From positions 4,426,310 through 4,490,309 of the forward strand of contig CAVNZM010000008.1 of the NCBI GenBank assembly GCA_963693365.1: a DNA stretch of 64,000 nucleotides, in the 5' to 3' direction. Positions 1-13,870 of this stretch are shown piece by piece. Numbering within the stretch: position 1 is the stretch's first letter; each line of letters starts with the position of its first letter. Both the position numbers and the translations under genes were made by a program. Under the pieces are notes generated by a model. It saw only the letters and a program-made list of their open reading frames with translations, made no database searches and was not told where the DNA came from. The stretch comes from Amoebidium appalachense. Its lineage: Eukaryota > Protista > Ichthyosporea.

Positions 1-192
1 ACATACACACACACACACACATGTACACACACGCGCGCGCGCGCATGCAGGCACACCCACACACGCACACACATTAGGAAAAAAAAAAAGAAAAAGAAAA
101 AAAGAAAAACACCAATACATCTCAGCTAATACCCACCCGTGCACAAACCCCTCCTCTCACTCTGACCCCCCCCCCCCCCTCCTCCCCCCCCT

Positions 193-238
<46 letters not shown>

Positions 239-921
239 CCCTCCCGCCCTGCAGCTGCTCCTGTCTCCCTCTCCCGGGCCAGTTCTTTCAACCGGAACAC
301 AACGGTCCTCTCCCCTCCCGGTGTCGCATAGGCTTATCTGGGATACTATGCAGTATTAAATCAAAACTCCTCCCTGCCCCCCCCCTCTCCCCGCCCCACC
401 CACATACACACACACACACACTTACATAAAAAGAAAGAAACGATCGGCACTCAGTTTGCTAGTTTGTGTAGGTTTTGTATATACGGGCCAATGCCAGGTG
501 GTCTTTTGTAAATGTGTGTTGTTTTTGCATAGACACGATGTGTCCGCTTATTTAGATTGATTGGAGCTTCTGGTATCGTCACCTGTCTGCACGACTTTTA
601 CACAATCCTGTTGGGGCGATTTTTAAAAGGATTTGGTTGATTGGTAATTGTTTTGAAGGCGTAGGTCAGGTTTGGGTTACTTTGTCCACGATTCTATTGG
701 AGCATTTTTTTTCAAGGACTTGTTTGATTGGGCACTCGATGTGCATTGTTGTAATATCATAAGGTTGTTTGCTTCTGGGACAAGGCACTTGTCGTTTTCG
801 CAATGTTGTAGACACCAAGGGATGTGGGGGCCGTGGGTGGGGTGGGGGGTGAGGAGTGAGGGGGTCCCCGGGGGGACAGCAAAGAGGGGGGAGAAGGGGG
901 GGGGGGGGGGGGGGGGGGGGG

Positions 922-1319
<398 letters not shown>

Positions 1320-1525
1320 AGGGAGGGAGGGAGGGGCGGGGGGGAGGAGGAGGGGGAGAGAGGAGGAGCCCAACTCTTGGTTGACCATCACTAACAAGTT
1401 TTGGCGAAAAATTGCCATGAGTAGACAATGTTTCGAAATCCGAAACTAACACTATTGTGCGCATGTGCCCATGTGTACATGTGTGTGCATGTGTGCATGT
1501 GTGCATCACGGTGCATGCGTGCACA

Positions 1526-1606
<81 letters not shown>

Positions 1607-1697
1607 CACACGGTGTGTGTGCGTGTGTGCGTGTGTGTGTGCGTGTGCGTGTGCGTGTGCGTGTGCGTGTGTTTGTGTGTGTGCATATGTGCATGTG

Positions 1698-1767
<70 letters not shown>

Positions 1768-2521
1768 CGTGCGCGCGCGCGCACGCGCGAGGCCCGCAAC
1801 GAACTTTGTCATGGCCATAAGTTAAACACAAAACCACGGCACATATATGCATGGACAATCGCACCCCCCACTTTTGCTACTGAGGGAATAGTGTTGAATG
1901 GTGATGTACACAAGTCACTGAGCCGTTTCGTAGCAGGGCCAGGAAACCGTTACAAAACCGTGCTTCATTTTCAATCAGTTAAATTTTCAGGTGCACACAG
2001 TTTCTCTTTCCAATCGGATATGACGAAAGTTATAAGAAAGTTTCGAAAAGTAGGCGAGCATCATGATACTGAGATGAGGCTCGAGAAAACATTGTTAACG
2101 TTTCAGTCACAATATTTTTGGTATCTTAATGAAACATATCGAGTCGTCCTGAGATAGCAGTGTACTAGCACTATAGTTTCAAGATAAATAGCCTGACACT
2201 AAATAGAAATGCAGCGCTTTCAATGTCCATCACGACAATCCAACTGTGCTAAGTAATCGGCCACCAAATTTAAGCGTTTGCTCACTGGTACAACAAAATA
2301 CACCATCACCAATTTGTGCGATAGGTTAAACCCTGCTGTCACTGTGAAACCATAGTAGACCTTCCCTGTGTAAGTCCCATCTGAGAGAAACTTTAATAAT
2401 TATCACATATTTAGTTAAATGATGGACAAGGAGAAAGAAAGGGGAAGGAGGGAAAAAAAAAAAGAAAAAAAAAAAAAAGGAAAAGAAAATAAAGAGAGAA
2501 GAGGAAATGTCACGAGACACT

Positions 2522-3432
2522 TCTAAGACTATCTTTAGCAGGTCTCTGTAATTGAGCATGCTATTGACAATCCACACAGTTCTCTCTGGGAGGTAAACAC
2601 TTCCATGGTGGAGCAACGCGTTCTTATCATCCACCACCGCGCGCACGGGCCTGTTTTGTTTTCTTTGATGACAGCAATAGGCGCAGCTGCTGCAGAATTA
2701 CACAGCGGCAAGAACACAGGCCGATGCTATCACATAGATGGCCATGATGCGTCCTTGTGCACAAGGCTTCCATATTCTGCCATGGGTGGAGAGGGGGGAA
2801 ATCCGCGGACACATGTTAATTAGTACCGTATTAATATTGTAACTAGAGGGGCACCCCTTGAGGTTCAATAACACACTGAATATCTACAGTACGATAATGT
2901 ACATAAGTTAGTAGTCAACTCCTGCCAGCTTTACTCTTACATTCTTACATGTTCATAATTTATTAGCACACCCTTCAGCCACCCGTTCACCCCATACACT
3001 GACGCGCACTTCCCACAAACAATTGGGCATGCAGCCCAAAAATATCCAGGGTATGTGTGAACTAGCCCACTATACGGTGCTGCCTCTCCTAGGCCTGGTT
3101 TAAAAGTGAATTTCATCCGAATGATTATATCCCAAAGCCCAACATAAATACAAAGGTGACTCAAGTCACAACAATATCCCTGTATGTATTTTGCTAAGTT
3201 GTTTTAGACTAAGCCGCAAGTGGGCGTGCAAGGTTTGACAAGGAGGACGTGTATACGTATGTACGTACCCACTATCTTCAAGACAGAATACGTCCTTGGC
3301 GCAGTAGCGTAGTGAACTGAAGAATCCGCGTTGGACCGATACCTGCTGCGCGTCACAGGTGTGAAGAAGGCTTAGCACAAAAAGTACCAGAAGGAAGGGG
3401 AGTATCCTTTCGGAGCAAAGGGCGTACTCCAT
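2522..3432 (-). pseudogene. Small signal-peptide, single-pass membrane protein gene with an in-frame TAA; possible pseudogene or truncated form; 3' exons unresolved
   Basis: Exon 1 3432-3269 (MEYALCSERILPFLLVLFVLSLLHTCDAQQ...EDSG, donor GTACGT, phase 2) joins an acceptor at 2776 in phase: IWKPCAQGRIMAIYVIASACVLAAV*(TAA 2700-2698)FCSSCAYCCHQRKQNRPVRAVVDDKN...LLKIVLE. Confidence 0.45.
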
Positions 3433-3661
3433 TTTCCCCTTTCGTGTGGTAAAACAACGGTGACCTTTGCTACCTAGTAATACAGTTGGCAGCTTTCAAC
3501 ACACTATGTAGCTAAACACACATGCATACTAATCTATAATAGTACTTTAATAGTACACGTAACACAGCCGTCCCTATTATAGGCCTCTTGAACGGTTTTT
3601 TCATCGTGCCTAAGCTAGTGGTACATGGGACTGAGGAACAAGAGGGAAAAAGGGGAACGAT

Positions 3662-4490
3662 GTGGATGAAATTTGTCTTAGGTTTGGTTGTCCTCGTGTT
3701 TTGTTAACGGATAGGAGTAGTGTAGTTTTTAAATCAGTTGGGGTCGGAGGTTTGTAAAATTTTAAGGGTAGCCCATATCACTACGTCTGCATATCACCCT
3801 CAAGCAAATGCCATCTCTGAACGTGTGCATGCAGTGTTTCAGAAGTCCTTTGGCAAAATGGTTGATGTGGAGGCTAATGATTGGGATCATATGTCTAGGT
3901 TTATTGCTCATTCGTATAATTCTACCCCTCATGCTGTGACTGGTTTCTCTCCGTTTTATTTGGTCTATGGGCAGGAGGCTATTAGTTTGTTAGATACGGC
4001 ACTTTTGCCGATGGAGGGGACTGACCGACTAACTTATCCCCACTGGACTGAGTTCCGGGAGCAGCTACTAACCCGGGCCCGGGCTGCACGTGATGCAGCT
4101 CTGGCCCGTACACAGCAGGCACAGGCACGTGCAGACGTGTCCACACGTCCGTTACGTGAATTTGCCGAGGGTACTTTAGTTTTAATTAGGGATCATACTA
4201 GGAAAAAGAGATATAAGCAGGAGCAGGAAGGTAAGGGTGAAGGTGAAGGTCTTCGTAAGTATGGTAAGAAGTGGTTGCCTCTTTTCATTGGTCCGTATAA
4301 AATAGTGGCTAGGTTAGGTCCGACGGAATATAATGTGCAGAGGTTAGATAATGATGATATAAAGGAATATTATGATAGGGCCCTTAGGGTAAAACGGCCG
4401 GAGGGCAGTCGAGTGTACATAGATGCATTCACCCCCGACTATGACGGGTCGGTGGATGTATTGGAGGCTGCAGTAGATAAAATCGGATAA
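3662..4490 (+). mobile_element. Degenerate Ty3/gypsy-type LTR retrotransposon integrase fragment (core C-terminal half plus GPY/F motif)
   Basis: VDEICLRFGCPRVLLTDR, a frameshift near 3722, then FLNQLG...TTSAYHPQANAISERVH...YNSTPHAVTGFSPFYLVYG...FIGPYKI. These are classic integrase D...E and GPY/F motifs. No RT, gag or LTRs seen. Confidence 0.9.
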
Positions 4491-5166
4491 AAAGGTTATC
4501 GAAGGTAAGGAAGGTAAGGTAAATTATTATTTAATTCAGTGGTTGCCTGAGTTCCAGCGGCAATCGGGCAAGATGACGCTAGCCAATGATTGGTTAAATA
4601 GAGTTCAATAGATTTGACCGAACACCAATGAAAAAGTTCGATCTTGGATTGCGCAATTTGCGTTTCTGGCGACACCTGAGGCCGTCGTGTTGAAGGTTCA
4701 ACGGGGACCCAAAAAAAAAGGGAAACACAGTGGAAAGAAAATAGAGCGAACGTGGTGCTGACTGGAACTTTAATCTTCAAGAGCTACTGAACTATAATTA
4801 TCGCCCCATATAATGATCATCGCGAGGCGCGGGCGCCGGCCGCGGCCGAATTACACATAAGCATGTCACGATGTTTTGACAGTCTTTCATTGGCTTTCAT
4901 AATTTTTGGCTGCTGCTTATGGTGCTCACAACCCTCTGAGATGCATACAAGACCTCCTATTGCCAAGGTGCAAACCTTAGCTCAAGGCGAGTTGGCAACT
5001 CTCAGAGCCTCACGGTGACGAATCTGGCGTTCACCACAAAGGAATGTATTGGATCTAAGAATAGATCCTCTGCAATGTCACACGCGGCACTGCCTCACAT
5101 GTCTGCCGAGTGACTGCGTGGCATCGCGATCGTCCGCCGCACACACGTGTACACCGTGCACCGTCG

Positions 5167-5344
5167 TTTCAGTCAAGTTTTTCACTTATAAGTTTTAGTG
5201 TCATCTGAGCCAGTGGTTAGAACATTTAGCAGAGAAGAAATCGTCCGGCACAACGCGTTTGTAGTTTCAGTCAAGTTTTTCACTTATGAGTTTTATCATC
5301 AGTGGTTAGAACGTTTAGCAGCGAAGAAATCGTCCGGCACAACA
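5167..5344 (+). repeat. Direct duplication of ~80-90 bp immediately upstream of the RRM gene ATG
   Basis: gtttcagtcaagtttttcacttat...cagtggttagaac.tttagcag.gaagaaatcgtccggcacaac occurs at ~5167-5254 and ~5265-5344. Confidence 0.9.
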
Positions 5345-5346
5345 CC

Positions 5347-5655
5347 ATGTCACAGTCATTTTCTGTGTGCGCCAGACGCCTGGCTGGCTCTCTGACTTGC
5401 CGCCGCCCCGCACAACTTCCCTTGTTTGCTAGAACTGCCACAGTGTCTCCCCTGTTTCCCCTGTAAGCATCCCCCCTCCCCCCTCCCCGCCCCTCCCCCC
5501 CTCTCCCCCCCCTCCTCCCCCCTCCCTCCCCCCCCCCCCCCCCCCCCTCCCCTCCCCCTCCCTCCCCTTCACCCTTGTTTCATCTCACGCGACGCCCGCC
5601 GCCTGTGTCTTCTACACGTCCAAGCCTCGGTCCTACAGCTTTTTCAATCATAATG

Positions 5656-5736
<81 letters not shown>

Positions 5737-5883
5737 AAAACTGGTTTCAGTAGAATCCTTGAGATTACTATACTATGAATCTCTTATGTACAGCCCTCGA
5801 ACACACTTCACTCATCCTCATCACCATCTCCACAGCACAGTCTCTTCCCTTCCTTTTTGTAGCCGTCTCTCCCTCCCTCCCCC

Positions 5884-5915
<32 letters not shown>

Positions 5916-6181
5916 GCCCACCCCCCTCTTGCTCCCCTCCATGCCTTATCCCCCCCCCCCCCCCCCCCACCAGCTTCCTCCTGCCTCAACTCTCTCGCCT
6001 TCCCCCCCCCCCCCCTTCCCCCCCCTCTTCCCCCCTTCTCTTGCTTTGTAGCTGTGCTTCTTTTCTCGAACCCCTCCATCTCCCCCTCGCCTCCCTCCCC
6101 CACGCCCTCCCTCTCCTTACCTACCAATCCTCTCATCACCAACACCTTCCCCCCCTCTCTATCCCCTCCCCCTCCCCCCCC

Positions 6182-6214
<33 letters not shown>

Positions 6215-6246
6215 CCCGCCTTCGCTGTGTGTGTGCTGGGCGTTTC

Positions 6247-6342
<96 letters not shown>

Positions 6343-6594
6343 TGTCCCCCTTCTCCCCCCGTCCCTCTCCCCCTTGCCACCAGAGCTCATCCGCCCTTCC
6401 GTCCCTCACCCTCCACCCCCATGTAAAGTAGAATAGCCTAGGACCCCAGGTCCATACACGTTAAGGTAACCGTCGGCCTCTATAGTCTAGATCATACAAC
6501 TGCAAATAAACTGATGACTCCAAGGGTACGACTTGCTTAGTTTTCTCTCTCTCTCCCTCCCCCCTCCCCCCTCCCCCTCTTCCCGTCTCTCCTG

Positions 6595-6633
<39 letters not shown>

Positions 6634-7645
6634 AGATATCGAGTTACTCAATTTTAGGCCTCCTCCTCCCTTCTGCAGGATTGTAGTTGGCCGTAGTCTG
6701 CAAACGCGCGCGGTGCGGTGGAATAAGAAAGGTAAGCCTTGTTGGATCATCGAGAACGTGACAAATGCACCCCCCCCCCCCCCCCCCCCCCCCCCCTCCT
6801 CCCCCTGCCCCTATACATACACACATGCACATCCAACACATACATATGTTCACACCACACTCATCCATTCTTCCGATTGCTCTTTTGTATCTCCATTATC
6901 TCTCCATGTCTCTATTTCTCTCTCTCTTCCCCCCCCCCCCCCCCCCCCCTCCCCACCCACCCACCCAAAGTATCCTCCTCTTGCTCTCTCTCTCTCTCCC
7001 CCCCCCCCTCTCCCCCTTTCTATCTCTCTCATTCCCTCCCCTTCTCCCATCTCCGCCACATTCCCCTCGTCTCCCCCTTCCCCCCTCCCTCCGGTGCCCC
7101 CCTCCGCCTCCTTCTCTCCTTCCATACTCCTCCCCTCCCCCCCCCCCCCCCCGGCCTCTTCCCAACCACTACCACCGCTATCACGACCACTTTCTCATAT
7201 TCTTTTCCTTTTTTGGTTATCACAGATGACGACAGTCCCCCTATCGACACTTTTATCTTAGACCCAAACTCTCCACGTTCCCGTCCGATCGAAGACGGCA
7301 ACACGGGAAGAAATCACAGTTCTTCTGACGACAGAAAACCCAAAAGTTGGAACAACAAGGAACATTATAGGGAGAAATGGGCGAATTTCGCAAAAGGGAT
7401 GGAGGAACAGGTCCGATGTTTTCGCATTTCCAATGTCCCCATCTTGGCTACTCCGGATGATATCGAGGATTTGTTGGCACCGTGTCACATTGTCGAGGGT
7501 AAAAATACCCCCCCCTCTCCCCTCCCCCCTCCTCCTCTTCCCCCCCCCCCCCCCCCCCCCCCCTTCCTTTCGAGGATGGGCTCCACTGTCCGTCTTGAAC
7601 TGCTGGACTCCGAGATGCGCTCTAACTTTGATCTATGTTAAATGT

Positions 7646-7685
<40 letters not shown>

Positions 7686-8738
7686 ACACACACACACGCA
7701 CCCCCACCTTCCTGCCTCCTCCTCCCTTTGATCCCTTGCCAAAGCCCATTTTTTCTTCCATTCTCCGATCCCCCCTGCTCCCCTCCCCCCCCCCCCCCCC
7801 CCCCCCTCCCCCTAGGATGGGCTTTGCTGATGTTGCATACTTGAATGTTTGCCTTCATGTGTCCTGCACATTGTGTCTGACTTGTGCAGTTGTACTTCGC
7901 ACCGTGTTCCGCATTCTAACCCCCCCCCCCCAAAAATAAATAAATAAATAAATAAATAAATAAACACAGCGCACCAAGTGAACAAGAACGGGGGCCACTA
8001 TTACCGCCAACCCCCCTTCAGAACGTGGTACGTGATGGTGGACAAATGCAACGAGAAGGAGACGGAGAAGACGCTAATGGCAAAGGATGGGTCCCTTGTT
8101 GGTGGCTGTGCCGTTAGGATTTATTCGGTATTTTTTATTGGCCCCCCCCCCCCCCCCCCCCCCCCCCCTCCCCTCCCGCAAAAAAAAAAAAAAAAAAAAA
8201 AGGATAGAGAACCAGAAGGAAAGGAAGAAGAGAGGAAGAAATAGTACGAAAGGGAATAAGAAAACGAAGGGGGAGGGGGACAGAGAGGGGAGGGAGGGAG
8301 GGAGGGAGAGGGTTTAAAGGGAGGGAGGGAAGGGGCGGAGGGAGGAGGGGGCGGAGGGGGCTGGCGTGTGGAGAGAGGGAGCGAGGAAGGAGGGGAGAGG
8401 GTCTAGAGCGGGAAGAGAGCGAGAGAGTATAGGAGGGTGAGTGGGTGATTGGGGGGAAGCGGGGGGAGGGGGAGAAGACGAAAAATGATAAGAGTTAATT
8501 CAACGCACTGATTGGTATCTTTTCGTCTTAAGTTTCCTAAGTTGGAGACTGCGTGTTTGTTTTAGCTTTCTCTTGTTATCTTTTGTTTCTTTACTTTTTA
8601 TTTTTGTGTGTGTGTATGCCAGAGTCCACCCTGTGTTTACTGTGTACATCTACGTAATTCGAACCGAGTAATGAATGGGTCCTTTTTCTCCCCCCTCCCC
8701 CCTCCCCCCCCCTCCACACACACTCACACAAACACACA

Positions 8739-8818
<80 letters not shown>

Positions 8819-9004
8819 ACCACAACCACAACCACCAACCCAACCCCTGTATTTCTCGATTGTTCAATCAGTTTCAAATTTCTCCTATTGTGTTTGTGCC
8901 CTCTGTGCAGCAATTCGCATGGCTTGTGCCCCCCTCCCCCCCCCCCCCCCCCTCCCCGCCCAAACACACACACACCTACACATACGTACATACGTACACA
9001 CACA

Positions 9005-9093
<89 letters not shown>

Positions 9094-9376
9094 CCCCCCC
9101 CCCCCCCCCCCCCCCCCCCGGGGAGGAAAGGCTCTGCTTTTGATACATACTCTTTATGTCTGGTTTGCGCTCTGCTTTGTGTTGTTCGTTATGAAAGCGT
9201 ACTTTGCACTCCATAACGAATTTCTAACCCCCCCTCCCCCCCCCCCCCCCCCCCCCCCCTTCCCCCTATCCCCTTCCCCCCCCTTACACACACATGCACA
9301 CACGCACATGCAAGCGCACGCGCACACACACACACACAAACAAACACAAACACAAACACAAACACAAACACAAACA

Positions 9377-9463
<87 letters not shown>

Positions 9464-9669
9464 TCAGGCTTACAGAGACGAAATGGTAGACCGATGCAAC
9501 TTGCACGAAAAAGAGCAAGCGGGTGGGTGGACCGTAAGAATCAAAAACGTGCCTCTGAGTCCTTCAAGTGGTGGGGATGAGGTTCGGAACCTTTTTACTC
9601 GAATGGGCCTGGACGTAATGGACGTGAAGTTGTTCTCCGATGTAGGCCCTTCCCGTTACAGGTTCCAAA

Positions 9670-9716
<47 letters not shown>

Positions 9717-9999
9717 CGCCCGCCCGTGACATTGTTCTTCGGCACGAGACACGTAAGACCTCAAATGACGTCCCATTCACTCACGTACTCATTCACTCAC
9801 GTACTCATTCACTCATTCGCTTACTCCCTCACTCGCACTCACCCACCACCCACCCACCGACACCCCCACTCGCTCGCTCGCGCACTTACTCCGTCACTTA
9901 CTCACCCACCCACCTATTCACTCACTCACTAACTCACACACTCACTCACACACACACTCACACACTCACTCACGTGCATGTACAATCACGCGTGCGCGT

Positions 10000-10068
<69 letters not shown>

Positions 10069-10093
10069 CTCTCTCTCTCCCCCTCCCTCCCTC

Positions 10094-10143
<50 letters not shown>

Positions 10144-10266
10144 ACACGCACACACACACACACACACACTCTCTCTCTCTCTCTCTCTCGCTCTCTCTGA
10201 CACACACACACACAAGCGCGCGCACACACTAACACGTACAAACACACACACACACACACACACGTA

Positions 10267-10340
<74 letters not shown>

Positions 10341-10529
10341 TATCGTGACAGTGCACAAAGGGCCGAGTCGGACACCAACTCTCCCACCAAGAGCATTGCA
10401 TACGTGACCTTTGGGAAGGCAACACATGCATATAGGGCAATACTTGAACACAACCACACAATGGTGGCAGATCTATTCAAAAATGCGCAAACATCAAAGG
10501 ACCACCTGTCCATGAAAATTTTGTATTGA
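5347..10529 (+). CDS. Two-RRM RNA-binding protein with a probable mitochondrial presequence (~335 aa, 7 exons)
   Basis: Phase-consistent exons 5347-5462, 6442-6465 (24 nt, least certain), 6679-6731, 7226-7498, 7970-8127, 9468-9661, 10340-10529. The N-terminus is Arg/Ser/Ala-rich and free of acidic residues ([20 protein letters not shown]). RNP2-like FRISNVP and VRIKNVP; RNP1-like IAYVTF. Confidence 0.7.
7815..7922 (+). repeat. Copy of the dispersed intronic repeat family (transcript-sense GAGGATGGGCT...CATTC(T/A)ACCCC)
   Basis: Reverse complement of the copies at 24686, 27546 and 29378. Confidence 0.8.
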
Positions 10530-11007
10530 TTTTTTGGGTTAGGATCAATACCGGATGAATATGCTATGCTTTACCCATCTTCGCGTGTGGTTGCTGTAAT
10601 CTTTGGACCTACATTTTATGCTGCAGCATAATTACATACTGTCACTGCTTAACATGACAAACTCGATCTGTATATTTGAACTACAATCTCACATTTGTTT
10701 ATCTGCACTGCAGTTGGTGTCCCCTTTTGCCACCGTGTCAGCAGGGTTGAAATTTCACCCTGGAAATACCAAAAGATTTTTCATGCAGTCCTGTACCTTT
10801 TTTGAAGGAGTGTACAATAAAGTAGCATTATTTTACATCTTACGTAGGATATTTGATATCTCAGTTTCTCATATGTTGAAGATTATCTCGATTTTTATTA
10901 TTATTTGAAAAACAAAAACTAGACCAGACGAAGCTTGGATAAAAACAGTAACGCCCCCCTCCCCACAACCCACACCACCCACCCAACAAGTTGAACCAAC
11001 CACACAT

Positions 11008-11063
<56 letters not shown>

Positions 11064-11133
11064 CACGCACACACACACACCACCCCAATTTCTTTCCTTT
11101 CTTGCTTTCTTGCTTTCTTTCTTTCTCCCTCCC

Positions 11134-11174
<41 letters not shown>

Positions 11175-11177
11175 TTT

Positions 11178-11209
<32 letters not shown>

Positions 11210-11229
11210 CCCCCCTCCCCCCCCCCCTC

Positions 11230-11262
<33 letters not shown>

Positions 11263-11329
11263 AGGGGAGGGGGGGAATCCATCGGGGGAGTTACGTAACA
11301 TACCCATATATGGAGCATTCCATTCTGAT

Positions 11330-11360
11330 TCAGCCAATCATATAACCATGATGACGTCAG
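11330..11360. promoter_or_regulatory. CCAAT box plus TGACGTCA (CRE-like) upstream of the amidohydrolase
   Basis: cagccaatca and atgacgtca about 440 bp upstream of ATG 11794; the same TGACGTCA palindrome occurs upstream of LACTB at 48132. Motif match only. Confidence 0.35.
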
Positions 11361-11793
11361 TGGCACTGCTTAAAAAAAATAAACAAATAACTTTCCAAAA
11401 GACACCGGAAAAAAAAAGAAAAAAACTGAAGCAGGGTTACGGAAGACGAAAAAGTGTACGGATGATGTATTTGGACCCGTTGCAATTGCAAGAAGCGAAG
11501 GTGCCACACTCAGCGCATCCGAGCTCTAGAGTTTTTTTTACGAGTTGAGACAACGTCATAGGTGAAAAATGCACAAAGCGCATTGAGACACAGTAAAAAC
11601 TACCAATTAGCCACCAGGCACACGTGCATGGGCACACAAACGTGTACGTGGCCATCAACAACAATCCACAAACACGCAGGCACATATCCACCCACCCATT
11701 CACCACCCACATACACGCGCACAAATACGCGCGCACACACGTGTGTGGGAACATACACACATACCACAAACGTACCCACAAGCGTGCATAAAC

Positions 11794-13826
11794 ATGAGCT
11801 CTCCCCTCAACATCATCGACACTCACCAACACCTATGGGAGGCTGGTCATCTCCAACTTGACTGGCTCCAGAACGCACCCGAACGGTTTCAAGCCACTCA
11901 TTCCACAAAAGAGTACTTGAAAGCGGCAGAAGGATGCGGAATAGGGGCTGCTGTATACATGGAGGTGGATGTGGCACTAAAAGATAAGGTTGGTGTTTGT
12001 TTTCGTTTCTATTCTTGTCTGTCTATCTTTGTTTTTTGTTATTTATTTTTGTTGCTATTGCTGGTGGTGGTTGGGTGAACGAGTGGGTAGAAATCGCCTG
12101 GGAAGGGCGAAGTGGGTATTGCGGGTGGGTGAGGGGCGGGAGGGAGGAAGGGGAGGGTAGCGGAGGGAAGGAGGCGGAGCATATTGTGGTCACTGTTACT
12201 TAGTCCTTTTCCTTTTGTCGATGTGTAACTAGAAGTGTTGACAACTGAGAGAAGCCTGGAAGGGAGGGGCCGGAAACATGAACGGCGACTGTGACTCGCT
12301 TAAAACCGAAAAGTCGAAACTCGCGACATTCATATTCTCACTTGAAGGATGGAGAGCAGCTAGGGGTTAGGAGAGAAGGGGAGGGAGAGGCGGGGAAGGG
12401 GGGGAGATTGCTGTGGCGGGTGGTTGGGGGGAGGGGGGGGGGGGGGGGAGGGTGGGTCGGCGGTGAGAAGCCCCGTTTGCAGTGACTCACTTGTCTAGTC
12501 GTGCCTATAACTTTTGAAGGGGGAGTGGGGGTGGAGGGGAGGGGCAGGGTGCAGGGGGGGGGGGGGGGGAGGGGGGGGGAAGGAAGGGGAGGTGGGGTAC
12601 CTGCTCAGATCTTGGCAAACATGTGCTAAAGCAATCTGCTCTAACCCTCCCCCCCCCCCCCCCCCCCCCCCTCCCCCCCCCCTCCCCTCCCCCCGCCTCT
12701 CCCGCCCTGCACCCCAACCACCACCACCACACCACACTACACACGCGTGTGCACACACACACGCACACGTAACAACAAAACCCCGCTGCCCAACACTCAT
12801 ACACTCCCCCCCCCCCCCATCCCCTCCCTCCCCTCCCCCCCCCCCCCCCCCTCCCCCCGCACCCCCTCCCTTCCTCCCACCCCCTCTCCATCCACCTCTC
12901 CTTTCCAACATTCAAACACCCTCCCCCTCCCCTGCATTGTGTTGTTCATCGTGATCTGTGACACACTCTAACAACCCCCCCCCCCCCCCCCCCCTCCCCC
13001 CCCCCCCCCCCCCCCCCCCACCCCCTCTCCCCCGGGCACATACACAGAGAGCAGAAGTAGATTTCATCACCCACCTGTGTGAGCCTTCCTCTACCCCAAC
13101 TATAGCGGCCGTGGTAGGGGGCTGGCCGGCAGACCCAAGCTTTAAAGCACACCTGGAATACATTAAAGAAAACCCCTATGTGAAGGGTGTTAGGCAGGTA
13201 TGTAATATCTCAGCATACGGTGTTAACATTTTATTCACGTGTACGGTAGACTACAGATGTTAAACAATAACACACATTGTAACAAATAGAACGATAAACT
13301 CTGATAATGTTGCTTTGCAAAAGCGAGCGTAACACGCACCACAACACAATGACACGGTTAGACACACACAAATACGCTTATCTGCACAGCAGGAGAAACA
13401 GGCAGAGAGAGTGAGAGGTACACACAGAGAGAAAAAGTTTGTGGGTGGGCTCGCGTGTGTAACACAGAGACAGAGAGAGGAAGAGAAGAAATTAGGGGGG
13501 TGAGGAGGGGGTGGGGGGGATGGAGGGACACTCTCCCTTCCACCCACATAGAGGGGAGGGACAGAGAGTGCGAGGGGGGAGGTGGGGGGGACGGGGGAAG
13601 GGGAGGGGAGTGTGTGTGTGTGTGTGGGAGAGAGAGTTAGGAGAGGGAGGGAGGGTGGGTGAGAAAGGGGGAGGGTGAAAGGGAGAGAAAAAAAAGCTTG
13701 TTCTGTGTATCTTGGGTTGACGTGTAGATTTCCGGGTGCTATTCACCCCCACACCTTCTCTCTGTCCGCGCCTGCGGATACTCAGACAGTTCTACGTTTT
13801 ACACTCACTCAGCCTTGCATCCCCTC

Positions 13827-13870
<44 letters not shown>

